Position numbers and translations under genes: made by a program. The notes below the pieces were generated by a model. It did no database searches. It was not told the origin of the DNA and saw only the letters and a program-made list of their open reading frames with translations. A stretch of DNA of 64,000 nucleotides from Dehalococcoidia bacterium (GTDB lineage: Bacteria; Chloroflexota; Dehalococcoidia; Lucifugimonadales; UBA2962), in the NCBI GenBank assembly GCA_965219325.1, contig OZ244723.1, positions 1,981,803-2,045,802 of the forward strand, written 5' to 3'. Every line of letters begins with the position of its first letter. The stretch's first letter is position 1. Below, piece by piece: positions 1-10,481 of this stretch.

Positions 1-2
1 GC

Positions 3-1514
3 TTCGAACGCGATCCGGTGCTCCGCCCACTCGGCAACATCGAGCAGCGAGACGCGATCCTCGCCTGCGACGCCCAGGGCAACCCGGTCCCGGCTACCTG
101 GCCCGAGGCCGAGTTCGTCGTAGGCAATCCGCCCTTCCTTGGGGCGAAGCTGCTGCGAGGGAAACTCACCAGCGAGTACGTCGAGGCGATGTTTGCAGCG
201 TGGGGCAACGACGTCGCAGGCATGGCCGACCTTTGCTGCTACTGGCATGAGCTTGCTCGCCGGCAGGTCGCTACCGGGGCGAGCAAGCGCGTCGGGCTCC
301 TGGCCACAAACTCCATCCGGGGCGGTGGGAGTCGACAGACGCTGGAGCGCATCAAGGACAGCGGTGACATCTTCATGGCTTGGTCGGACGAGCCCTGGGT
401 CGTCGAGGGAGCCGCCGTCCGGGTCTCGATCGTCGCGCAGGACGATGGCTCGGAAACGGGACGGACACTCAACGGCAAGGTAGTGCCCGCGATCAACAGC
501 GCCCTCACGACCGGACCGGACCTCGCGACGGCCCACCGTCTTCCAGAGAATGGCGGCGTTGCGTACGTCGCTGACGTAAAGGGAGGGAAGTTCGACATCC
601 TGGGTGTCCGCGCCCGCGAGTTGCTGCTTCAACCGACGAACATCAACGGTCGGACGAACGAGGATGTCGTGTTCCCATGGGTGAACGGGCTTGATGTGAC
701 ACGGCGGCCACGAGACATGTTCATCATCGACTTCGGAGTCATGTCCGAGACGGATGCGGCCGCGTATGAAACACCTTTCGCGCACATCGAGGAGCATGTG
801 GGACCTGCACGCGCCAAGGTGAGACGAAAGTCCTACCGTGAGCGGTGGTGGCGACATGTCGAGCCACAGATGAAGATGCGCGAGCTCGTCGCTCCATTGT
901 CGCGCTTCATCGCCACGCCGACACTCGCGAAGCATCGTCTCTTCGTCTGGCTCTCTCCCCCGACATTGCCGGACCACCAACTCATCGCGATCGCGAGCGA
1001 GGACGACTACACATTCGGAGTGCTGCACTCACGCGCGCATGAACTGTGGTCGCTGCGCATGGGCACGAGTCTTGAGGACCGCCCGCGCTACACGCCCACT
1101 TCCACGTTCGAGACGTTCCCCTTCCCGTGGCCCCTCGACACGCCGGACGAGGCGCTCACCGACCAGCAACGCGCACACCGCGACGCCATCAGCAAGGCGG
1201 CGCGGGAGCTGGACCGAGCGCGGCAGCACTGGCTCAACCCGCCCGATCTCGTCCGCGAGGAGCCCGACGTGGTCCCCTCGCTGCCCCCTCGCCTGCTCCC
1301 GGTCGATGAAGACGCGGAGAAGCGACTCAAGAAGCGCACGCTCACCAACCTGTACAACGAGCGGCCGACATGGCTCGCCAACCTCCACGACGACCTCGAC
1401 GCCGCGGTGTTCGCGGCCTACGGGTGGCCGGAGGCCGCGGCGCCCCGAGAACTGGAAGAGGAAGAGATGATGGGGAGGCTGCTGGCCCTGAATCTGGAGC
1501 GTGGCGGGCGTTAG
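3..1514 (+). CDS. N6-adenine DNA methyltransferase, MmeI/type IIL-like, C-terminal part with target-recognition domain (5' end outside window)
   Basis: Motif IV VVGNPPFLG, then ADLCCYW and VGLLATNSIRGG; C-terminal RTLTNLYNERPTWL..HD.LD.AV..AYGW is typical of this family; frame is open from base 3. Confidence 0.88.
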   Translation, partial: FERDPVLRPLGNIEQRDAILACDAQGNPVPATWPEAEFVVGNPPFLGAKLLRGKLTSEYVEAMFAAWGNDVAGMADLCCYWHELARRQVATGASKRVGLLATNSIRGGGSRQTLERIKDSGDIFMAWSDEPWVVEGAAVRVSIVAQDDGSETGRTLNGKVVPAINSALTTGPDLATAHRLPENGGVAYVADVKGGKFDILGVRARELLLQPTNINGRTNEDVVFPWVNGLDVTRRPRDMFIIDFGVMSETDAAAYETPFAHIEEHVGPARAKVRRKSYRERWWRHVEPQMKMRELVAPLSRFIATPTLAKHRLFVWLSPPTLPDHQLIAIASEDDYTFGVLHSRAHELWSLRMGTSLEDRPRYTPTSTFETFPFPWPLDTPDEALTDQQRAHRDAISKAARELDRARQHWLNPPDLVREEPDVVPSLPPRLLPVDEDAEKRLKKRTLTNLYNERPTWLANLHDDLDAAVFAAYGWPEAAAPRELEEEEMMGRLLALNLERGGR

Positions 1515-1588
1515 CCCGTTGTCGCCAAAAGCCCCTCGCGGTCGTGCTAGGCACCGTTGGCCGCCACCAGGCTCTGCGAGGCCCACAC

Positions 1589-2101
1589 TTAGGCTGGTGT
1601 CGAGGCTTCAGCCCAGGCTGCAAGGCAGCCGATTGGCACACAACCCGAACAAGAGGAAGCCTGTGAGGCATGCGAAGGGACTGGAAGATGCGTGGAGACT
1701 CGGGAGTGAGGGGGCTTTGAGCACGGTGCATGTCCTGCGGCGGATCCGTGGCATGAGGTGAGCTCGTAGCGCCGACCTTTGGATCGACGGACCTTGAAAC
1801 CACCGGCGCTCTTTTGTTTGCGCACCCACCTGAGGTAAATGTTTACCTTGGGATTCGCCTTGGGGAGGGCAATGGAGTTCAATTCTTCGGCCAGGGTGGC
1901 CTCGGAGAAAAGGGCATGGATTTGGCGATGACAGACGCTGCAGAGGATCGCCGTGGGGCCCATCAGTCCACCTTTGGACCTTGGAACAAGATGATGGACC
2001 GTGTAGCCATCCACCTGCCTCAGGCAGAGCTCACACGAGGTGGCATCGATCTTGTCGAGTCGGGGTCGCGATCTCGTCCTCTCAAGATTCCTCTTGGCCA
2101 A
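1589..2101 (-). CDS. HNH endonuclease
   Basis: CELC..TVHHLVPRSKGG..LCSVCHRQIH; the C-terminal ~55 aa after KVRRSKGRR look like read-through of a lost stop. Confidence 0.8.
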   Translation of the reverse strand: MAKRNLERTRSRPRLDKIDATSCELCLRQVDGYTVHHLVPRSKGGLMGPTAILCSVCHRQIHALFSEATLAEELNSIALPKANPKVNIYLRWVRKQKSAGGFKVRRSKGRRYELTSCHGSAAGHAPCSKPPHSRVSTHLPVPSHASQASSCSGCVPIGCLAAWAEASTPA

Positions 2102-2157
2102 ACTATGCTAACCCTCATATGGTGGCGTGACCGACGCAACGGCTACGCGGTTTAGTC

Positions 2158-3039
2158 TTACGCGACCTCGATGAGCAGCCGGCAGTGATCGCTTGCGCCC
2201 CACTCTTCAACAGAGTTCATGGCCCGCACCCTGATGCCCTCGTGAAAGCCGCGGGAGGCGAAAACGTAATCGAGTTGATTGTTGCTTGTCGTCTCCGGCA
2301 TCTTGCCGGGGAGGCAGTATGTGACGACGTTGCGGGAGTCGACGGGCTCCCCCGTAGCCAGTGTCTCTGCCTGTCGACCATTCGGTGCCTGCGGCCCCAT
2401 GAACTCCAGCCCGATGGTGGTCATTCTCTCGAAAACGGACCGGTATCGTGACTCCCAGTAGGGATCGCCGCCATCGCCATAGCCGTGCGCGATGTTGAGA
2501 TCGCCGGCGGCCAGTATGCGATGGGTCTGCGGATTCTCGTGGCCAATGAAGGCCGAGAGGTCAGAGACGATTCGGTGGACGGAAGAGTCCGCGTAGCCAA
2601 AGCTCCACGCCGTCTTGACGCTTGGATGCGACCCGATCCAACGACCGTACATGGAGACGGCGATGAACGGTCCGGCCGAGCCGTCACGAGGCGTTATGCG
2701 GGCCGCCGCGATCGTCCCGATTCCGCTCACGGCGATCTCGTCACACTCTGTCCAACCTATCGGACTGACCTGCTTGAACCACTCAACTTCGACCCGGTCC
2801 GATAGCTTCACCACTATCGGCCAGCGGTCGTACAGTTTCGGGTACCGGTCTTCGAACCAGCGCGAGTTCCAGACGTGTGAATCCCAGTGCTCCACAGGGC
2901 CGATATCGACTCTATTGGCCACATCGGACGGCGGGCTGACCGCCTCCTGCAGCAGCGCGACGTCGGCGTCCACCTCCAGTAGCTGGCGCCACGGCTCAAT
3001 ACGCTTGGCGATGTTCCAGCTCACTATCCTTACGGCCAA
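2158..3039 (-). CDS. Endonuclease/exonuclease/phosphatase (EEP) family protein 1
   Basis: Catalytic motifs IVSWNI, ALLQEA, AGDLN, QLDYVF, SDHC. Confidence 0.9.
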   Translation of the reverse strand: MAVRIVSWNIAKRIEPWRQLLEVDADVALLQEAVSPPSDVANRVDIGPVEHWDSHVWNSRWFEDRYPKLYDRWPIVVKLSDRVEVEWFKQVSPIGWTECDEIAVSGIGTIAAARITPRDGSAGPFIAVSMYGRWIGSHPSVKTAWSFGYADSSVHRIVSDLSAFIGHENPQTHRILAAGDLNIAHGYGDGGDPYWESRYRSVFERMTTIGLEFMGPQAPNGRQAETLATGEPVDSRNVVTYCLPGKMPETTSNNQLDYVFASRGFHEGIRVRAMNSVEEWGASDHCRLLIEVA

Positions 3040-3271
3040 TTTATCCTCCGAGATCGTTCTGTGGGGGCATGTCAGTCTAGGATGTCACTTCTGATCGTAG
3101 GACGATTCCAGCACGCTGACTACGTACCATGTGTCCTCTTCGTTGCCTGAACCGACCAAGCAGGTCCACTCCTACTCTCGTAGGTCGGCGGGTCGCGTCG
3201 ACATCTTGGTGATCCGGGTCATGGCTTTTTTCTCCTGTCCTGATACGCAAGAAGGGCCGCATACATTGACG

Positions 3272-3316
3272 GGTAGGGGAGGCCGCCGACTCATGTCTGA
3301 CGACCTCCCCCGTACC
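3272..3316 (-). terminator. GC hairpin downstream of helicase-tail relic 1
   Basis: Imperfect stem ggtaggggagg...cctcccccgtacc immediately after the stop, followed on the minus strand by gtatgcggcccttctt. Confidence 0.5.
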
Positions 3317-3324
3317 TCTGCTAT

Positions 3325-3645
3325 CTAGCGCCCCGCTCCGGCCAACACGGCCTCTCGCTCCCGCTCAAGGGTCAGCGCCCACTCGAACAGAGATGGTGAT
3401 GTGGGCTGGGGCTTCCGGCTGCGGCGCCTGGGCTTGACCTGCTCCGCGGCCATGAACTCGGCCCATGAGAACAGCGACAGCGGCGGCTTGTCGGCACCGT
3501 CATGATGCCCATTGCCGTTGTGTCCATTGACCGGGACCAGTTCGACCTTGGGCCCGATGTCGGGGCCGTCATGATGACCGTTGCCGTTGACCTCCACGGT
3601 TGACGCCTCTACATCGGCCGGCCTCCAGTCCATGTCCACCGGGGA
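3325..3645 (-). pseudogene. Orphan C-terminal ~105 aa of the ICE SF2 helicase (relic 1)
   Basis: DWRPADVE..VNGNG..SLFSWAEFMAAE..KPQP.SLFEWAL..ERERE.V.GAGR aligns to the C-terminus of 22671-25007; all helicase motifs absent. Confidence 0.85.
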
Positions 3646-3689
3646 ACGTGCCACACCCTGCCAGCAGCCGTCCACACCCGGTATCCCTC

Positions 3690-5153
3690 CTACTCCGGGA
3701 TGACCTCAGCAGCAGCTTCGGGTTTTGGCCTGACCAGGACGATGGCGCTCTCCGGTATCCCCAGCAGCGGCAGCAACTCATCCAGCGCATCCACCACTGT
3801 CTGCGGCACCAGGGCCTCGATGAATATCCCGTCCCGCACCGTCGACCTGACGACCTTGTCGTCGGGACCCAGCGTCGCCTGCCCGGGACCGGCCGCAACC
3901 AGTACATCATCGTCATTTACCTGCCTGTTCTGGGACGGCTCCACGAGAGTAATTCCGATCGTGTTTCCGGCCGAATGCGCAAAACGGTTCAGGATCACCG
4001 ACCATCTCCACAGCTCGCCGTAGCTGTGACCCACGGGGATCAGCACCACCTCGGGTGGCGCTTCGGTTGGGAGCAACCTTGTGAACCCGTCGCCGAAGGC
4101 CGTGCACATGTTCGTCTCCTCCCTGCAGATCGCCGTGCTGCCGTCAGTGTGCGTGTACCTGCACAGACCGTCTTCGTCGAAATTCTCGTAGCAGAAGTAG
4201 GCGGCAGCAAAAGATAGATCGTCGGGAGGCGGGTACAGCTTCAGCTTCAGGGCCTCCAGCTCCTCCTCGTCCTGCGGCAGGGGTCCCTTGACCTGGAAGT
4301 AGCGACCGATTCTACCGGCGACGCGGGTCTCTGGAACCCTCTTCCAGACGGCACAGGAGACGTAGACCACAGGATCGGTATCGCAGTCGGGCTCCGGTAT
4401 GTCGGTCGTGGACACGTCCGACACATCTATGCTCAGCGGGACGTCGGAACCCCTGGGGGCATCCACGGTGGGCCACACCTGCCTCCACGCCGGCCAGCCC
4501 GCGACCGATTTCCGCGCCTCCGACCCACCCGGGTACAGGAAGATCTGGACGTAGTCCGAATCAAGCGGGAATGGCGGGAACAACTGGCCCGGGGGATAGT
4601 CGGTAAGGCCCCTGAAGTCGACCCAGCCCAGCGAGCACAGCTTCCACTCGCGGCCACTCAACCCCGTGCACTGCCGTTCGTCTATGTCCCTGTAGTGATT
4701 TACTCCCTGCGGGCCGTCCAGGAACTCGATGGCCTTCTGCTCAAACACACCGGCCAAGTCCCAGTCCAGGGGCCTGCTGCCCGCCAGGAATATGTGCAGC
4801 ACGGCGTTAGGCGCCTCGTACATCGCCACGACCTGGATCTCTCCATCCCTCTGCGCCTCCTCCAGCACATGGCAGTGCAGACTCTCCTTTGACAGCAGGC
4901 CTCCCCAGCAGTCCCCGGGCGGCGAGGTGCCCACGGCTGCCTTCTCCGGGGTCACCTCGACTTCGGCCGTCGGTTCCGGCGCGGCATCCGGCGTCTCGAC
5001 CGTGTCCGTATCCGAATCCCCCGCGGCTGCCGTTTCCGTCGGTTCCGGCGTCTCTCCGCCGCCGGTCTCCGAATCCCCGGGAGCAGCCGCCGGAGTGCAT
5101 GCCACCGCCAGTGCCAGAATCAGCACGACCGGCAAGGACTTGCCGACTCCCAT
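3690..5153 (-). CDS. Secreted Cys-containing lipoprotein, unknown function
   Basis: Likely start MGVGKSLPVVLILALAVAC (lipobox), acidic Pro/Thr linker, then a Cys-rich mature region. Confidence 0.7.
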   Translation of the reverse strand: MGVGKSLPVVLILALAVACTPAAAPGDSETGGGETPEPTETAAAGDSDTDTVETPDAAPEPTAEVEVTPEKAAVGTSPPGDCWGGLLSKESLHCHVLEEAQRDGEIQVVAMYEAPNAVLHIFLAGSRPLDWDLAGVFEQKAIEFLDGPQGVNHYRDIDERQCTGLSGREWKLCSLGWVDFRGLTDYPPGQLFPPFPLDSDYVQIFLYPGGSEARKSVAGWPAWRQVWPTVDAPRGSDVPLSIDVSDVSTTDIPEPDCDTDPVVYVSCAVWKRVPETRVAGRIGRYFQVKGPLPQDEEELEALKLKLYPPPDDLSFAAAYFCYENFDEDGLCRYTHTDGSTAICREETNMCTAFGDGFTRLLPTEAPPEVVLIPVGHSYGELWRWSVILNRFAHSAGNTIGITLVEPSQNRQVNDDDVLVAAGPGQATLGPDDKVVRSTVRDGIFIEALVPQTVVDALDELLPLLGIPESAIVLVRPKPEAAAEVIPE

Positions 5154-5160
5154 CAGATAG

Positions 5161-5300
5161 CTACTGCGAAAACCCGTGTGGACGGCCGCGCAGTATCTCG
5201 TAGCCGTCCACTGATTCGGCGTCCTCTTGGGGCTGTTCCAGGTCAGGGTCACCCTGTTCTCGACCAGGCTGATCGTCAGGCCGGTGGGCCGCAGGGGCCG
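5161..5300 (-). pseudogene. Frameshifted fibronectin type III domain fragment
   Basis: RPTGLTISLVENRVTLTWNSP in one frame continues as EDAESVDGYEILRGRP after a 1-nt shift; stop at 5161. Confidence 0.6.
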
Positions 5301-5642
5301 CCGGCCCAACTGCATGGACCGGTCTGTCGAGCGCCATGTGAATGCCTTCCTTCGCACGGTCGGGATTAGCGGCGTCTATAACCTCCTCCGCTATCCGCAG
5401 GTGGAGTTGCAGCCAGTGATTCCGCCTACCTTGTCATTCCTCTTACGCATGAACCCATAAAAACACTGGAGGCTCTTCATCGATTTGGTAAGTGCCTAAT
5501 CACACTTTTTCGGCAGCAATGTTGTTTGCTCTGGGAGAGAGTGTTTCTGCAACTGTTCGCTCTCGCCGGCGCAAACGGAACTGGCTGGATTAGCAGTCAT
5601 CCACAGCATCCCTGTGAGCCTGGAGAACGAGGTGAGACTGAT

Positions 5643-6449
5643 ATGCAGAATCCGGCAAGAATCCTGACGATACTGCTATTGGTCATTGTTGCCGTCGTGC
5701 TGGCGGGCTGCAACAGCAGCAGCGACGATGGACGCATCACCGCACTGGAGGAAGGCCTGAGCCGCGCCGAGGCGCAGGAGCGCGAGGGCCGGGAGACTGC
5801 CGCAGGCAAGCGAGCGGAAATTGCCGAACGGCTGTCCGTCCTGGAGCAGGCCTTGGAGCGGACTGAAGCCGAGCGCGATGCCAACGAGGAACTGAACGCG
5901 GAGACACGCTCTTTGGTGATGGCCCTGTTCACCGGGGAACCTGGTGTCAGCAATGCGGTGGGCATGAGGATGACCGACGAGCAGATGTTGCAGGAAGTGG
6001 GTATGGAACGAGAGAGGCTTGTGCAAGAGGAGCCGCGCTTCACTATTGAGGGCGCCAGCACCGAACAGAAGACGGTCATTGAAGCGGGAGCCAGGTGCCT
6101 GGCCTTACGGGACCAGGGAATGCCGGAACAGACGCAAGAACTGGTTCTCGAAAACTACCGGCTCAACGCGCAGCGGACGGAAGACGACGCCGAGTTGGTG
6201 ACGATGACGTATATGGCCTGCGGCACGGCGGGAATGGAGCCGAGAGACATCAGGGCTCCCTCCGCCGAACGGGCCGATGCGATAGCAACGCTGGTAGCTT
6301 GCTATGAGGGGTACGAGGCTATTGCGGAAGACCCGCCGTCGTTGGAGATGGTGGATCAGGCCCTCAGCATCTTTCAGGACGACGGTACGGCGACGGCCAT
6401 AGCCCGGCTGATTTGCCAGGACTTCTCCCGGGAGGCGATGCGGCAATAG
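5643..6449 (+). CDS. Coiled-coil lipoprotein, unknown function
   Basis: MQNPARILTILLLVIVAVVLAGC lipobox; E/R/A-rich helical region. Confidence 0.75.
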   Translation: MQNPARILTILLLVIVAVVLAGCNSSSDDGRITALEEGLSRAEAQEREGRETAAGKRAEIAERLSVLEQALERTEAERDANEELNAETRSLVMALFTGEPGVSNAVGMRMTDEQMLQEVGMERERLVQEEPRFTIEGASTEQKTVIEAGARCLALRDQGMPEQTQELVLENYRLNAQRTEDDAELVTMTYMACGTAGMEPRDIRAPSAERADAIATLVACYEGYEAIAEDPPSLEMVDQALSIFQDDGTATAIARLICQDFSREAMRQ

Positions 6450-6572
6450 CTGTCAAAGGCGGCGATCCTTTCATTTGGCGGTCGATGAGTCGTATCGTCA
6501 TCTCGGTATGCGGGGTCATGGTCTTCCTCCCTTGTTCGGAAACGAAAAAAAGGCGGCACATACGGGTTCGGG

Positions 6573-6607
6573 CGGGTGAGGATGCCGCATGGTGGCATCC
6601 TCACCCG
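6573..6607 (-). terminator. Perfect 14-bp hairpin downstream of helicase-tail relic 2
   Basis: cgggtgaggatgcc-N7-ggcatcctcacccg, followed on the minus strand by gtatgtgccgccttttttt. Confidence 0.6.
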
Positions 6608-6618
6608 TGTGTTGCGTC

Positions 6619-7232
6619 CTAGCGTCCCGCGCCCACCAACTCCGCTTCCCTTTCCTGCTCGATGGTCAGCGCCCACTCGAACAGTGACGCGGTTGCTGGC
6701 TGGGGCTTGCGCCTGCAGCCCTTTGGCCTGACCGGCTCAGCGGCCATGAACTCGGCCCAGGAGAACAGCGACTGCTGCGGTTCGGCATCCTCGTCGAGAT
6801 GACCATTGCCGTTGTGACCGTTGACCGCGACCAGTTCGACCGTAGGGCCCAGGGCCTCCTTATGGCCGTTGCCGTTGACCGCGACGGCCCCTGGCTCGAC
6901 CTCGACCGGTCTCCAGTGCTCGTCCACCAATAGTTCCTCGGCGGTGGCTTCGGCGTCCCGTGCCGCGGTGAAGACCTCCTCGACCGTCTCCGCGTCCTCT
7001 TTCTCGTCACCGCTGACGATCTTGCGGGCCAGGGCCATCATCAGGTCGTCGCCCTCGTCTCCGTATGCGGCCAGCCCGTCCTCCGGCAGCTCCCCCTCGA
7101 CGGCGAGGGAACTCTGCAGTTTCTTCGCCACCAGCTTCAGGGCGTCGGCCTGCAGGGTGCTGCGGTAGCTCATGAACACGACCCTCACGGGCTGGGTCTG
7201 CCCGATGCGCCACGACCGGCGCGACTTCTGCC
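6619..7232 (-). pseudogene. Orphan C-terminal ~200 aa of the ICE SF2 helicase (relic 2)
   Basis: RRSWRIGQT.PVRVVFMSYRSTLQADALKLVA.KLQSSLAVEGELPEDGLAA is near-identical to the intact helicase; homology ends a few bases from the stop of the next EEP gene. Confidence 0.9.
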
Positions 7233-7240
7233 TAGTGACG

Positions 7241-7963
7241 CTATGTTTCGTCGCGCGCTGAGAGTTCGGCAAAGATTCCGAAATGATCGGACAGCCTGCG
7301 ATCGCCGTCCATGTTGCTGATCACGCCCAGGGACTCCGCCGCAAGGTCATCGGTGAGGACTATGTGATCGATGCTCCTTCGTCCCTGGTGGCCGAGCGTG
7401 GAGGTCGCGATCGTCATCCCATCCGGTATGGCTCTCCTCAGCGCTATGAGCAGGTCCACCGGCGTATGGCCTCGTTGCGAGATACGCTGGTTGAAGTCCC
7501 CCATGACGATGAGGCGCTCGGTGCGGTCACGTGAGAGCACGCCGGCAAGACCGGCCAAGTACTCACGATGGTCCTCCCACATCTTCCGCCCGTCTTCCGA
7601 ACCCCGGACCCGCGATCCCGACCAGGGTATGCAGACCCCGATAACGGTGAGCTGGCCGATCGACGTATCCGTGACACCCGCGACGAACCTGCCCGGCGGC
7701 ATCGACCGGTCTCCTACGTCGTCGACCCGCTCCCACGGCCGCTTCGACCAGAGATGGACCTTCCTGCGGCCCTCCCTGATCGGGTATCCGTAGTCCTCCT
7801 GAGAACAGATCGTGTGCCCGTCTCCGGGAGACAACCCGATAACCGCCTCGGTGAGACAGACGATTTCAGGATCATGCCGCTCTATGCGCCTTCGGATCTC
7901 GACCGATCTTGGCGAACGGGGCGTCGCCCATTCGACGTTCCAATTGACCAGCCTCAGCTGCAT
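7241..7963 (-). CDS. EEP family protein 2 (divergent subfamily)
   Basis: LVNWNV, VCLTEA, MGDFN, SIDHI, LSDH. Confidence 0.88.
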   Translation of the reverse strand: MQLRLVNWNVEWATPRSPRSVEIRRRIERHDPEIVCLTEAVIGLSPGDGHTICSQEDYGYPIREGRRKVHLWSKRPWERVDDVGDRSMPPGRFVAGVTDTSIGQLTVIGVCIPWSGSRVRGSEDGRKMWEDHREYLAGLAGVLSRDRTERLIVMGDFNQRISQRGHTPVDLLIALRRAIPDGMTIATSTLGHQGRRSIDHIVLTDDLAAESLGVISNMDGDRRLSDHFGIFAELSARDET

Positions 7964-8052
7964 TGCACGTCGTTCCTACTCTCCCCTGGAATTGAGTCGA
8001 CCGTGATCGATCTGCATCTCCCCTCGCCGGATTGAACGGTCCCGCCCGAATC

Positions 8053-8628
8053 TCATTGTGCCGTTATGAACACGGGCTCCTTGCCGATGTACTGGAGTAC
8101 GCCCCGGACCCAATCGACCGTCGCATCAGAGGTTTCCGGGCCGGTCAGCACATCAACGTGGGGCGCCAGATGCGGTGGGTCTTCCCACCTCGTCACAACG
8201 ACCCTGTCCGGCCTGCTGGTCGAGGTGGCCAGCTGGCTCACCCCTATGGATGAGCCGGTGCTCGCAAGTACCGCCCGGGTCGGGCAGTGGCGGTCGAGTT
8301 CGGCCAGCACCCCGCGCTTGACCTCAAGACCACCTGCCGTCGCCTCCACGGCGAAGCCGACCTCGCCCATGGCGGCCGCGATAGAGGTGCTGGGCACCAG
8401 GTGCTCCAGGGCGCGCTCCGCTGTCCATCGATCCACCATTCCCTGTCGTTCGAGGCTGCCGAGCGCATTGCGGATATCGTCGAGCGCCCTGCATAGATTC
8501 TGTCGCGACGAGTCCACGAGAACGACTCTGAAGCCGCCGAGCGCGAGGGACAGCGCAATCCACTGTCCCTCATCCCCCACGCCGACCACTGCGGCATCTC
8601 CTACAGGTTGTACGCCTCCGTTTGGCAT
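8053..8628 (-). CDS. 3-hydroxyacyl-CoA dehydrogenase NAD-binding-domain-only protein
   Basis: Rossmann VVGVGDEG, FAVEAT, LEVK, LASTGSS; the catalytic HFFNP is replaced by RWEDP; no C-terminal domain. Confidence 0.7.
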   Translation of the reverse strand: MPNGGVQPVGDAAVVGVGDEGQWIALSLALGGFRVVLVDSSRQNLCRALDDIRNALGSLERQGMVDRWTAERALEHLVPSTSIAAAMGEVGFAVEATAGGLEVKRGVLAELDRHCPTRAVLASTGSSIGVSQLATSTSRPDRVVVTRWEDPPHLAPHVDVLTGPETSDATVDWVRGVLQYIGKEPVFITAQ

Positions 8629-8660
8629 CTACGCTCCCTGCGGGCTTGGCCGCCGCAGCT

Positions 8661-9485
8661 TCACGAGACCTCGATTTCGATGCGACAGTGATCGCTCGGA
8701 CCCCAAAGTTCTGGTTCGTTCAGAGCGCTCACGCGCACGGAATCGGCCATTCCCTTGGACGCGAATACGAAGTCCAACTGGCGGGTAGCAGTGGACGGGC
8801 CCTGGCCGATCCGGTAGTAAGAGGGGACATTCCTGCTGTCGTCGGGTAGCTCATCCGGCCAGGGATCCGCCCGCCGCCCGTTGGGGGCCTGTGGACCTAC
8901 GAAAGCGAGTCCCAGCGCCTCCATCCTGTCAAACACTGTTCCGTACCGCCCAGCCCAATATTCGCTGCCGCCATCTCCATATCCCCGAAGTATGTTGAGA
9001 TCGCCGGCAGCGAGGATCCGGTGTCCGCCCTGACTCCCGATGAACGTGGAGATATCCGAGATCACGCGGTGGGCAGACGCGTCCGAGACGATCCAGCTGC
9101 TGCCAGAAGAGGCGTGAGGCCTCTCCCACAGTGCGTACATGGAAATCGCCACGAATGGCTCGATCCCGGGAGCCGACACCTGCGCCGCGGCTACTGTCCC
9201 CGGACGGCTGACGGCGAACTCCCCCGAGCGCACCTCCTCCATTGCCTTGGGTATAATCCATGCAACCTCCACTCGGTCGGAGAGCCTTGCTATCGCCGTC
9301 CTGCGGGTCCAACCGGTCCATCCAACGGTTGTCCAGGGGGCGGGATCGACGTCAATCCGCCTGCTTAGCTCAACCGGAGGGCGATCCGCCTCCTGCAGGA
9401 GAGCGACATCGGCGTCCATCGCTATCAGACAATGCCAGGGATCCGTCCTGCCGTCGATGTTCCAGGAGACGATTCTCATTCCCAC
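8661..9485 (-). CDS. EEP family protein 3 (paralog of 1 and 4)
   Basis: IVSWNI, DADVALLQEA, ILAAGDLN, QLDFVFAS, WGPSDHC. Confidence 0.9.
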   Translation of the reverse strand: MGMRIVSWNIDGRTDPWHCLIAMDADVALLQEADRPPVELSRRIDVDPAPWTTVGWTGWTRRTAIARLSDRVEVAWIIPKAMEEVRSGEFAVSRPGTVAAAQVSAPGIEPFVAISMYALWERPHASSGSSWIVSDASAHRVISDISTFIGSQGGHRILAAGDLNILRGYGDGGSEYWAGRYGTVFDRMEALGLAFVGPQAPNGRRADPWPDELPDDSRNVPSYYRIGQGPSTATRQLDFVFASKGMADSVRVSALNEPELWGPSDHCRIEIEVS

Positions 9486-9518
9486 TGAATTGACCTTAGC
9501 CCGCTCCCCAAAATGCTA

Positions 9519-10255
<737 letters not shown>

Positions 10256-10481
10256 TCCAGCCGGTATGTTAGTACGCCGGACCTGTGTAAGGGTGAATGA
10301 CTCCGAGGAATAGCCGCACCTTTAGGCTGCAGGATGCGGCGTTATGCTTGAGCAGGCCCGCGGCGTCTCGACGTGGCGGAAATGGCGGCCATCGGCCTGA
10401 TTTCAGGCCCGTTCTCCCGAATACTCTGCCGGAAATGGTCACGGAGCAGTCACTCACGCTGTGTGCCAGTCAAGGAGAGAA

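Noticed and set aside
5154-5357. N-terminal extension making the lipoprotein 555 aa
   Set aside because: The lipobox implies a start at 5153; the extension is a chance in-frame FN3 remnant
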